From NCBI GenBank assembly GCA_951406725.2, contig OX597820.1:78182001-78246000 (forward strand): a DNA stretch of 64,000 bases. The letters run 5' to 3'. The stretch is from Octopus vulgaris (Eukaryota). Made by a program: the position numbers and the translations under genes. Within the stretch, counting starts at the first letter, position 1, and the number at the start of each line of letters is the position of its first letter. Below, piece after piece: positions 26,576 through 37,689 of the stretch. The notes below the pieces were generated by a model. It had not been told where the DNA came from. It searched no databases and saw only the letters and a program-made list of their open reading frames with translations.

Positions 26576-28346
26576 CTACATTCACAAACTCACACACACA
26601 AACGCCCACATACATAGACGTTTGTGCTTGGCAAGCTAACTTCTTACCACGCAACCATGCCTGCACCTACATTCACAAACTCACACACACAAACGCCCAC
26701 ATACATAGACGTTTGTGCTTGGCAAACTAACTTCTTACCACACAACCATGCCTGCACCTACATTCACAAACTCACACACACAAACCCCCACATACATAGA
26801 CGTTTGTGCTTGGCAACTAACTTCTTACCACGCAACCATGCCTGCACCTACATTCACAAACTCACACACACAAACGCCCACATACATAGACGTTTGTGCT
26901 TGGCAAACTAACTTCTTACCACGCAACCATGCCTGCACCTACATTCACAAACTCACACACACAAACGCCCACATACATAGACGTTTGTGCTTGGCAAACT
27001 AACTTCTTACCACGCAACCATGCCTGCACCTACATTCACAAACTCACACACACAAACGCCCACATACATAGACGTTTGTGCTTGGCAAACTAACTTCTTA
27101 CCACGCAACCATGCCTGCACCTACATTCACAAACTCACACACACAAACGCCCACATACATAGACGTTTGTGCTTGGCAAGCTAACTTCTTACCACGCAAC
27201 CATGCCTGCACCTACATTCACAAACTCACACACACAAACGCCCACATACATAGACGTTTGTGCTTGGCAAGCTAACTTCTTACCACGCAACCATGCCTGC
27301 ACCTACATTCACAAACTCACACACACAAACGCCCACATACATAGACGTTTGTGCTTGGCAAACTAACTTCTTACCACGCAACCATGCCTGCACCTACATT
27401 CACAAACTCACACACACAAACGCCCACATACATAGACGTTTGTGCTTGGCAAACTAACTTCTTACCACGCAACCATGCCTGCACCTACATTCACAAACTC
27501 ACACACACAAACGCCCACATACATAGACGTTTGTGCTTGGCAAACTAACTTCTTACCACGCAACCATGCCTGCACCTACATTCACAAACTCACACACACA
27601 AACGCCCACATACATAGACGTTTGTGCTTGGCAAACTAACTTCTTACCACGCAACCATGCCTGCACCTACATTCACAAACTCACACACACAAACGCCCAC
27701 ATACATAGACGTTTGTGCTTGGCAAACTAACTTCTTACCACGCAACCATGCCTGCACCTACATTCACAAACTCACACACACAAACGCCCACATACATAGA
27801 CGTTTGTGCTTGGCAAACTAACTTCTTACCACGCAACCATGCCTGCACCTACATTCACAAACTCACACACACAAACGCCCACATACATAGACGTTTGTGC
27901 TTGGCAAGCTAACTTCTTACCACGCAACCATGCCTGCACCTACATTCACAAACTCACACACAAACGCCCACATACATAGACGTTTGTGCTTGGCAAACTA
28001 ACTTCTTACCACGCAACCATGCCTGCACCTACATTCACAAACTCACACACACAAACGCCCACATACATAGACGTTTGTGCTTGGCAAACTAACTTCTTAC
28101 CACGCAACCATGCCTGCACCTACATTCACAAACTCACACACACAAACGCCCACGTACATAGACGTTTGTGCTTGGCAAACAACTTCTTACCACGCAACCA
28201 TGCCTGCACCTACATTCACAAACTCACACACACAAACGCCCACATACATAGACGTTTGTGCTTGGCAAACTAACTTCTTACCACGCAACCATGCCTGCAC
28301 CTACATTCACAAACTCACACACACAAACGCCCACATACATAGACGT
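26532..28346. repeat. Minisatellite, 20 x 91 bp, nearly identical units
   Basis: Unit TGTGCTTGGCAAACTAACTTCTTACCACGCAACCATGCCTGCACCTACATTCACAAACTCACACACACAAACGCCCACATACATAGACGTT. The 91-bp period is visible in the ORF start spacing. Confidence 0.97.
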
Positions 28347-28347
28347 A

Positions 28348-28569
28348 TACAAAGGTTGTGCTGAAAACTTCATGCCTTTGAGTAACAGAACATACAGGAG
28401 GATAATTTAATTATGATTTTATTCAATATATTTCCTTCTCAGATTTACACTCTTATTGCTGCGGTCCTTCAGTTTTTCTAAGTTTTATAGAAGAGTTCGG
28501 AAGGTTGAGCCTCCAACAAGGCTTTTCACCATAACATTAAAGCCAGCACCTTTTCAGCTCTCCCTCGTA
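28348..28569. mobile_element. Mariner-type MITE
   Basis: TA-CAAAGGTTGTGCTGAAAACTTCATGCCTTT ... AAAGCCAGCACCTTTTCAGCTCTCCCTCG-TA: degenerate TIRs with TA at both ends. Confidence 0.6.
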
Positions 28570-28712
28570 TATATAAACTATTTTATGATATTACATAGTA
28601 CATGTCACATAATCAGAGATTTCTGAATATAAATACCCGTATGTAACTGCCTAATGTACAGACGCAAATGCGCAAGCATATATGAATATACACTAGCATA
28701 TATGAATATTTT

Positions 28713-28806
<94 letters not shown>

Positions 28807-28929
28807 TTACATACATACTCTGTATATGTATATATGTATATATATTTACATATGTACAGAGATAGATATATTATAGATAGATACGTATACATGTACATAT
28901 ATATATATATATACATGTATGTATGTATC

Positions 28930-28966
<37 letters not shown>

Positions 28967-29329
28967 AAATGTGTGTGGAAATGTGTGTATGTAGGCCTGC
29001 TTATGAATTTCTGAGCGAGTATTCATACCTAGAGATCGGGAAATGATATTTCGAGATTATTTGTTAAATATGGCATGAAAAGAGGCCCAGAGCGAAGGGC
29101 CCTTCACTCTGTGAATATAGCAGATGCGGAAGCGTAGATACCAATCTACGTCCTTTGCAGTGGTGTATATGAATACAACGGAATATTCCTGGGAATAGGA
29201 ATTGTGACCAATCTCATGCTATATGCGCACAAGTTAGAAAAAAAGAAAGGGTGGTGTCATATTTGCTTTTGCTATATGGATTCAAAAACATAAACACACT
29301 CATGTGTGCGTGTATATATAAGTATATAT

Positions 29330-29557
29330 TTACTCTCTTTTTACTTGATTCAGTCATCCCACTGTGGCCATACTGGAGCACTCCCTGTAGTCTAGCAAAT
29401 CGACCCCAGGACTTATTCTCTGTAAGCCTACTACTTATTCTATCAGTCTCTGTTGCCGATCCGCTAGATTACGGGGACGTAGACACATCAGCATCGGTTG
29501 TCAAGCGAGGTTGGGGGACCAACACAGACACACACACATATACACACACACACATAC

Positions 29558-29612
<55 letters not shown>

Positions 29613-29780
29613 TACGACGGGCCTCTTTCAGTTCCTGTCTACCAAATCTACTCACAAGACTTGGGTCGACCCGAGGCTATAGTACAAGACACTTGTCCAA
29701 AGTGCCACACAGCGGGACTGAACCCAGGACCATGTGGCTGGTAAGCAATATACTTACCACACAGCCACTCCTACGCTTAT
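29330..29780 (-). mobile_element. SINE family A, near full length
   Basis: Reverse-complement match to 49533-49940. Confidence 0.85.
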
Positions 29781-29805
29781 ATATATAAATAATGTATATA
29801 CATAC

Positions 29806-29847
<42 letters not shown>

Positions 29848-29883
29848 ATTATACGTATATACATATATATGTGTGTGTATACG

Positions 29884-29928
<45 letters not shown>

Positions 29929-30089
29929 GTTGTATAAAGTCAACAAAACGTGACAGTCTCGTAGAGGGAATTACACCACCGCTATATAACCCTAGGAAGC
30001 ATCGACGATTCCTGTCAGCTTTGACAAATTTTCTGTGTCCTTATATTTGCAAAAGGGAGGCAAGCACCCCCACCAGCTAGGACTAGCAA

Positions 30090-30135
30090 CCTGAATACAT
30101 GCATGTTTCTGGGTATTGACCGTCATCAGTTCAGG
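30090..30135 (-). ncRNA. Minimal type I hammerhead (helix II partly mutated)
   Basis: The - strand reads CCTGAA-CTGATGA-CGGT(CAATA)CCCA-GAAA-CATGCATG-TA-TTCAGG. Confidence 0.7.
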
Positions 30136-31244
30136 GTAGAAATTCCTTATTATCAAAGGAAATGTCCGAATACAGAAGTAGAGAAAAGGTTGGAAACAAC
30201 AGTGGAAGAAAAAGCAACCGATGAAGAGAAGATGGAGAACAATAATAGAACGAATATGGTGAAGAGAAGGAAGAGAGAACAAGTCACCACCTTTGGAAGA
30301 GGCAAAAAAGAGTAAAACAGCGGCAGAGAATATAACTTTTCAGAACGGTAACACAGAGGAGCCAACTATGGAAGGGATAGAGAGTGCGATGGAACTGCAA
30401 TACGAAAACGAAATAGAGCGAGAAAATTTAGAGTTGTGTGAGCTAAAAGATAGAGAACAGATGGAGGAGACGCATTTGAAAAAGTCACCAACTTTTATAA
30501 GAAACGGAAAAAAGTAGTGGAATGGCAGAGAATATAACAGACCAGGACGGTAACACTGAGAGAATATATATGGAAGATATGCTGAGAGCGATGAACCTGC
30601 ACAGCGAAGAAGTGTGGCAGTGGTTTAGGCTCAAAGAAAAAGAACAGATGGAAGAGAAGTATTTGCAGTCGGGAGAAAATTCAGATATACAAACGGAGAT
30701 GAACGAAGAAGTATACTCGAGAAGAGAAACACAAGAAAAGAAAGAGAACGAGAGGAAAAAGAAATGTAACAATAATAAATGTGGAAACAAAACGTAGACG
30801 GTAAGTATAATTAAGAGTGTAACGCAACGAATTTTTTTTTTTTTAAATATGAAATGAACTGCAAATGAACTGAGAATTGAACTTGTGTTATTTGTCTGTG
30901 AAATTTAATATGTAAAAAAAACGAAAAAGTAACGACTGGAAAAAAAAGATAAAATAGAAAAAGAAAATGCAAAGACTAATGTGAACAATTAATGATAAAT
31001 TTTACGATATTGATAAGAAGACCATCGCGGTTTTGCCTCACACTGAGACCCGATGGTATTGAGAATTAATGTGAAAAATTTCACTGTTCGTCTCACAGCG
31101 GGAGTGAGTCGAACAGCTTCATTCTCATTATTAATCACTCCATCAATCATACATCATTTGATTTATATTCCCGTTTTGTCTTGTTTTGTCCCCTCTATGT
31201 AATCAAACCATTGTGCCTATAATAAAAAGAAAAGGACACGCTAC

Positions 31245-31290
31245 TCTGAACTGATGATGGGCAATACCCAGAAACATGCATGTATTTAGA
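31245..31290 (+). ncRNA. Minimal type I hammerhead ribozyme, intact
   Basis: TCTGAA-CTGATGA-TGGG(CAATA)CCCA-GAAA-CATGCATG-TA-TTTAGA. GUA site ends at 31284; helix III is palindromic. Confidence 0.88.
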
Positions 31291-31512
31291 TTGCTGTTCC
31301 TAGCTGGTGGAGGTGCTTGCCTCCCCTTTGCGAATATAAGGACACAGAAAATGTGTCAAAGCTGACAGGAAGCGTCGATGCTTCCTAGGGCTATATAGCG
31401 GTGGTGTAATTCCCTCTACGGGACTGTCACGTTTTGTTGACTTTATACAACCACTTTATCGCTCCACCACCGCTCATGTCTCGTTGAGACATTTAGTAAT
31501 TCATTATTTCCA

Positions 31513-31604
<92 letters not shown>

Positions 31605-31652
31605 CATATATATATATTTATATACATATATATATATATACATATATATATG

Positions 31653-31683
<31 letters not shown>

Positions 31684-31701
31684 ATATACATATATATATA
31701 C

Positions 31702-31832
<131 letters not shown>

Positions 31833-32260
31833 TATATACATATATAAAAAGATGAGTGTATTTTTACCTTGTTCATCTCCGTTTGTATATCTGAATTTTC
31901 TCCCGACTGCAAATGCTTCTCTTCCATCTGTTCTTTTTGTTTGAGCCTAAACCACTGCCACACTTCTTCGCTTTGCAGGTTCATCGCTCTCAACATATCT
32001 TCCATATATATTCTCTCAGTGTTACCGTCCTGGTCTGTTATATTCTAGATATTACTCTATTATCAATTCACATACGGTTAGGATAGGTTTTTCAAACACA
32101 AAAAAATCTCTTACAAATTATCTCTTCACTTAATAACAAACTGTTAAATATTAATACATTTACTAATACTAACATTAATTTAGCTAATACCATCCAAACC
32201 TCAATAAATATTAATAACAAGGTTATTGTATCTGAAGTCAATTCCAATACAATTAAGTTT

Positions 32261-32650
32261 ATGTCAAGTAACTCTAAGATTAAAAATTCTATATACCAGT
32301 GTATAATCAGTACTCGTAATAAAGTACGATTTTACATTGGAAGCACATCGTTAGAGTTATCTAAAATAATTTCTATCCATTACTCAACATTTAGGGATAG
32401 AAATAAACGTAATAGTACCGGTCTCAGCAAACTGATTTTGGATTTAAAAGACCACAATGAACAATTTCATTTAGAATGGTTGATTCTCTCAATTTCGATA
32501 CCTTATGACAAAGTCAAGGAATTCTGTCTTCTCTGCAATTCTGAGCTATTTTTCATTATTTTTTCTAAAAATACTCTAGTAAACGCGGTTATAGAACGAG
32601 CATGCAGATGTAAGCATTGGCAAAAACACACATTTAGTGCGTATAAGTAG
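32261..32650 (+). CDS. Penelope-like GIY-YIG endonuclease fragment (5'-truncated)
   Basis: IYQC...FYIGST, H.STF, STGLSK.I..LK, W.IL, CLLC..E, C.CKH. Homologous to the 51329 ORF. Confidence 0.85.
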   Translation: MSSNSKIKNSIYQCIISTRNKVRFYIGSTSLELSKIISIHYSTFRDRNKRNSTGLSKLILDLKDHNEQFHLEWLILSISIPYDKVKEFCLLCNSELFFIIFSKNTLVNAVIERACRCKHWQKHTFSAYK

Positions 32651-32852
32651 TCTCTATCATTATATATAATTTAAACTTTAATTTCCTTTATATTTAACAT
32701 TCACTATTGGTATCCCTACTCTTTCTGTTAGCTACTTATGACGTTATATCATATAACGTTTTTTTAAGCAATATTAATAGCGTTCTGTCAATCGCTATAC
32801 AAATCCATCATTTTTTGCTAAAATGTCTTATTGACATGTTTCGTGTTTTTCC

Positions 32853-32936
32853 CTTTCCCGAAGAGAAGATTGCATTGTTTATACCATTTATTCTTTTGAA
32901 TAGTATCAGTGGAATTTTCGAAACATGTGTCGAAAG
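32853..32936 (+). ncRNA. Hammerhead motif with long helix II in the PLE 3' repeat (core CCGAAGA, U4C)
   Basis: CTTTC-CCGAAGA-GAAGATT...AATTTTC-GAAA-CATGTG-TC-GAAAG, about 200 nt after the GIY-YIG stop codon. Confidence 0.65.
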
Positions 32937-33232
32937 TAAAAATATTTGATTTACACCTGCGTTAAACTCCATTTATTTATTCATATATACATATATATAC
33001 ATATATATACATATATATATACATATATATATATACATACATATATATATATACATATATATACATACATATATATATATACATACATATATATAGACAT
33101 ATATATATATACATACATATATATACATGCATACATATATATATACATATATATATATACATACATATCTATATACATATATATATAAATATATATATAT
33201 ACATATATATAAATATACATATATATATATAT

Positions 33233-34345
33233 ATAACTTAGAATAACTTAGAATAACTTAGAAAGGTTTTTGGCCAGTATTGGCCCAGGCCATGTCTAAC
33301 TTAATAGCACCACCTGGCGAAGTCTTTCAGTTCAGGATTTGGGCACCAAGGCCCATTCGAGCAGAGAGTTATTGTTTGCGGAGACATATCCGGGTGTGGA
33401 TGGTTTGTCCGGTACTGTTTGAAGGAATTTGTCCAAAGACTTCTTGAATTTTGTGTGGTCAGTTTCTTTTTTGACGTGTCCTGGTGTAATGTTGAAGAGA
33501 GCGGGTCCAATTGAGGTGAAATAGTTGTGCCGTATTGTCGTTATGTGATGCGATTTAGATTTTTGTTGTGGACGGATGGCACGTGGTCCAAGCCTTGGAT
33601 GCATTTTGAAGGTGATGCCAACATCATTCGGACAGTGCTGATGGAATATTTTCCACATCATACAGATAATGTAGCGTTCACGGCGTCGTTGGAGTGAATA
33701 CAATTTCAGCTTCTCTAGTCTACCCCAGTAGTCAAGGTCTGACATGCCATCTATCTTTTTTGTGATTGACCTTTGGGGAGCTTCAATTCTCATAATATTT
33801 TGTTTTGTGTAGGGAGACCACAGTGGACAGCAGTATTCAAGGTGGGGTCGGGCAAAAGTGGAGAAGAGAAGGATAATAGCGTGGGAATCTCTCGACTGGA
33901 AGGTTCTGAGAATCCAGGAACACATTCTGCGGGCCATGTCAACTTTGCTGCTTATATGTGTAGCCCAGCTTATGTTGTTGTCCACTGTTACTCCCAGGTC
34001 TCTGATGTTGTTGGATGCCATGAGAATTTCTCCAGAAGGAAGAGAGTATGGGAGTTTCAGAGCGTCCTCCCTTCCAAAGTGGATCAGTTCGAATTTGTCT
34101 TCATTTAGCAACATGTTATTCTTTTCCGCCCATTGGACAACAGCTAGTAGGTCTGACTGAAGGTTTATTCGGTCATCCACGCCATTGATGACCTTCTGGA
34201 GCTTGGAATCATCAGCGAAGGTTCTGATGTTGCTGTGTTTGATGGTGTCAGTAATATCATTTATGTAGATGATGAAGAGAAGTGGGCCCAACACAGTGCC
34301 TTGTGGGACACCACTGCTGACTTTGGCTGGGCTGGATTTGACTCC
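33233..34345 (-). mobile_element. 5'-truncated CR1/L2-group LINE inserted in (TA)n
   Basis: Uninterrupted RT frame, a short 3' UTR with hairpin GGCCA(ATAC)TGGCC, and a (TCTAAGTTAT)3 tail. Confidence 0.92.
33332..34345 (-). CDS. Reverse transcriptase C-terminal half (CR1/L2 group). The ORF-track N-terminus is (TA)n noise.
   Basis: [53 protein letters not shown]. Confidence 0.92.
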   Translation of the reverse strand, partial: GVKSSPAKVSSGVPQGTVLGPLLFIIYINDITDTIKHSNIRTFADDSKLQKVINGVDDRINLQSDLLAVVQWAEKNNMLLNEDKFELIHFGREDALKLPYSLPSGEILMASNNIRDLGVTVDNNISWATHISSKVDMARRMCSWILRTFQSRDSHAIILLFSTFARPHLEYCCPLWSPYTKQNIMRIEAPQRSITKKIDGMSDLDYWGRLEKLKLYSLQRRRERYIICMMWKIFHQHCPNDVGITFKMHPRLGPRAIRPQQKSKSHHITTIRHNYFTSIGPALFNITPGHVKKETDHTKFKKSLDKFLQTVPDKPSTPGYVSANNNSLLEWALVPKS

Positions 34346-34444
34346 TATACATATACGTATATTAATATATATATACATATATATATATACATATGTATAT
34401 ATATACATATATATATATACATATATATATACATATATATATAC

Positions 34445-34475
<31 letters not shown>

Positions 34476-34536
34476 AATATATATATATACATATATATAT
34501 AAATATATATATATACATATATATATATATACACAC

Positions 34537-34583
<47 letters not shown>

Positions 34584-34729
34584 TACATATAAAATTAGTG
34601 TACATTTCTATACTAAAAAGAGGCGAGCTTAACAGGACACCTTACATGCTAAAAAAAACAGTCACATCTCAAACCACGGTTATGAGTAACTTTTAAGGGA
34701 ATGAAAACTAAAAACATTTTCAGTAGTTA

Positions 34730-34797
34730 CATGTACTTAGGTTTCGAACATCAAAGAACAAATGAAATAATTTGCCATCCGTGTCCTCATCAGCACG
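34730..34797 (-). ncRNA. Type I hammerhead ribozyme with extended helix II
   Basis: The - strand reads CGTG-CTGATGA-GGACA..GGCAAAT(TATTTC)ATTTGTT..TGTTC-GAAA-CCTAAG-TA-CATG. Confidence 0.75.
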
Positions 34798-34970
34798 GGC
34801 GCTATAACTAATGTATATTTGTGGAACGCACATGTTTCCATCTATATACACTATGAGGTTTCAAATCCACCGCGCAAGCTCAGTTATATTCTACAGCAAA
34901 TAAAAATTTATGTACCAACATTTCTTCAAAATTACGAATAATTCTATTAAGAAAATATAGATGCTAGAAA

Positions 34971-35041
<71 letters not shown>

Positions 35042-35757
35042 CATATATATATGCATACATATATAGATACATACATTATACTATATTAAGTATATATGTG
35101 TGGGTGTATGTGTGTATTGGCGCTACACATTTGCATCTGTTTCTGTACAGTAAGGCAATGACTTCAAATATCTCTGAGATTTTGCCCTCATTTCTATACA
35201 TAATTTCAAATTCAAATAATAAAGGATGTAGATAGTAGCGTCGCTATCAGATTTAATTATTCAGTGAATTTAAAATTAATTATTAAAAAAAAAACGCGTC
35301 TAAAAGGATAAAAAGGCGAAATTGGAAGCAGAATGCTTATGGAGAAATATAATAAGCAATAATGTAAGAATAAAAAATTAAAACACAATAAATCTAATAT
35401 AATGAATCTTGTCAATTAATTGTTTTGTCGTTTTTGTATTTTTGCTGTAACCGCAGCGGTATTATTTATTAAAAAAAGGAAGATAGCAAAAGTGTATATT
35501 TCAATGTGTGTGAGCTGAGTTAAAATGTGTGACATAAAAGATAAGAAATGCTATCACAATGATATAAATGAAATATGAAATTGAGAATTATATTACTTAG
35601 GAGACGTAAAAGATAAGAACTCTTATCACGTTTCTATTAGCATTTTTTAAATACTGTATTGTCTAAAAATATATATCGACATTAAAACTGTATAATTTGT
35701 TTGAATAGCTGCTTTCGTGTCCATTGCTTCGACTGAGGTCGATTTTGATAGTCAAGC

Positions 35758-36650
35758 AAGGCGACGAGCTGGCAGAAACGTTAGCACACCGGGCGAAATG
35801 GTTAGCGGCATTTCGTCCGTCTTTACGTTCTGAGTTCAAATTCCGCCGAAATCGACTTTGCCTTTCGTACTTTCCGGGTCGATAAATTAAGTACCAGTTG
35901 CGGGATCTTTTCGGTTTGAAAGGCATTTTTTAAAAATAATTTCTATGTAACTAAAAAATGTTAAACTTCGTATACTGGTAGAATGTGTTTATAAAACGTC
36001 TTTTTCTCTTGGCTTTCTTGAGAAAATTCTGTAGTAAGATATTTAGTCTTTAATTTCTTGCATTTTTGCAATTTCAACCAATCAATGACGTCTATTGAGG
36101 TGAAAACAATATCTGCCGAAGTCTGTCAGCAGCAATTTTTTGCGGTGTCATATGAAAATATCCCTGCTATTTATGAGAAAAAAGATACCAGGTAGCCATA
36201 AACTGAGGGGTCACTCTTAAACAGAGCTGGATAACAAAACCGTTCCCTCTTTAGTGTCCACACATAATTATGACCCTAGTATCGATCTATTGCATTTCAA
36301 TCTGTTTTAGGGTTAGTTAGAGTTAGGGTTAAGGTTAGGGTTAGGGGTGGGGGAAGGGTATCTTTTTTCTTCAGAAATGTAAATAAACCCAATCTGTTTC
36401 TTAGAGACATTAAAGACCAAATATCTTACAAACTACAGAATTTTCTCAAGAAAGCCAAGAGAAAAGGATGTTTTATAAACACATTCTATCAGTATACGAA
36501 GTTAAAATTTTTTTAGTTACATAGAAATTATTTTCAAAAACTGCCCTTCAAACCGAAAAGATCCCAGTTGCGTACTGGGGAGGGGACAATGTAATTGACT
36601 GGCCCCATCTCCCACCAAAATTTCAGACCTTGTGCTTAGAGTAGGAAAGG
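35758..36650 (+). mobile_element. SINE family B interrupted by a MITE
   Basis: Head at 35758-35901. The SINE resumes at 36566 (AGTTGCGTACTGGGG). Confidence 0.85.
35902..36565. mobile_element. MITE with ~150-bp TIRs, 6-bp TSD (AGTTGC) and internal TTAGGG-like repeats
   Basis: Ends GGGATCTTTTCGGTTTGAA...TTCAAACCGAAAAGATCCC. The TSD is at 35896-35901 and 36566-36571. Confidence 0.92.
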
Positions 36651-37099
36651 ATCTTGATAGTCGAGTATAAATTTATTGTAAACGTATTATGCCGTTTTTA
36701 AGGAGCACTTTCGGCCACATCTACCAAATGTTATACCCAAACACAGTGACTAGTTCATTGAAACTCTATCTGTAATCTTAAGGAGAATTTATTCCAAACT
36801 AAAGCAAAGAAAATAACTTTGTTAGTATATAACACTTCTAGACACTAATTGCTTCTTTTTGCTTTTTTTTTACTGTTTTTGTTTTCTTAAACAACTAAAT
36901 TAGGAGCAAGTCTCTTAGACATTACTGTGTTCGAATCCTAGAACTCGTAGGGCAGGTACCCGGTTTTCGTGACATACAAGTGAGCGAGAACATAACACGC
37001 CATCACACTGAACAGGACATTAGTGAAATGGAGCAATGTGAAATGAGACAATTTGGATTTAAATCTAAAGGAATCTAAATGAAATTCATAGAAGTCAAT

Positions 37100-37650
37100 A
37101 ACTTTCAGTAGAGACTATGTGGCATAGTACGAGAAACACCAAAATATAAAAATGTGTACATACAATCCAAAAAACCAAGAAATTTATATCAGATTGATTA
37201 TGACATATAAACACATATTAGATTCAATCGCCAGCCGCAAACTAGAAATAAATATCATAATCGAAATCAGCGAACAATTGAATTATTACAGAGTAATATC
37301 AATGAGAAAAGTGAATCTTTTCTCCCACAGATCTTATATTCCACCACCAAAATCCTTATGAAAATTACTCGCAAAAACAGAAATTATGTTTAATTATTTC
37401 CGCAAATATTGACTTTGGTAAAAGAAGAAAAGGTTTATTTGATGGAAGAATCCCCAACTAGTAAATATTTACCCTTCTCCTTCTATAGAATAATACTCAT
37501 TGAGGGTTAGATTGGTTTAGGTCTATGTAAAAAAAATACTGAGAACGATAGCAATTAATGCACAACAATGTTCAAAGAACGCTGCAACCAGCATATACAC
37601 ACCTTTAGTAACTGTACCAGGAAAAAGGCATCTCAGTCTTAAATATGACC
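37100..37650 (+). pseudogene. Degenerate Penelope-like ORF remnant
   Basis: Manual translation gives TMFKERCNQHIYTFSN, like the GIY-YIG F.ER...H..SF motif. Heavily decayed. Confidence 0.4.
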
Positions 37651-37689
37651 TTGAGAAACAAGTATTGTTTATTTAATTGCTGAGACCCA

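Larger units (their letters stand above)
29925..31515. mobile_element. ~1.6-kb element with ~215-bp inverted terminal repeats, each carrying an HHR (non-autonomous PLE-like)
   Basis: 29925-30140 is the reverse complement of 31241-31455. (TA)n lies on both flanks. No RT or transposase motifs inside. Confidence 0.8.

Noticed and set aside
26532-28346. CRISPR-like array or repeated 65-aa ORFs
   Set aside because: The units are identical end to end with no unique spacers and no cas genes. A 91-bp period shifts frame every unit, so the ORFs are artefacts.
30103-30797. Glu/Lys-rich ORFs as a host gene
   Set aside because: The frames are broken, the composition follows from purine skew, and they lie inside a repeat with a second copy at 31865-32045.
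36305-36360. True telomere or fusion scar
   Set aside because: Only a few degenerate units, internal to a TIR element with a TSD.
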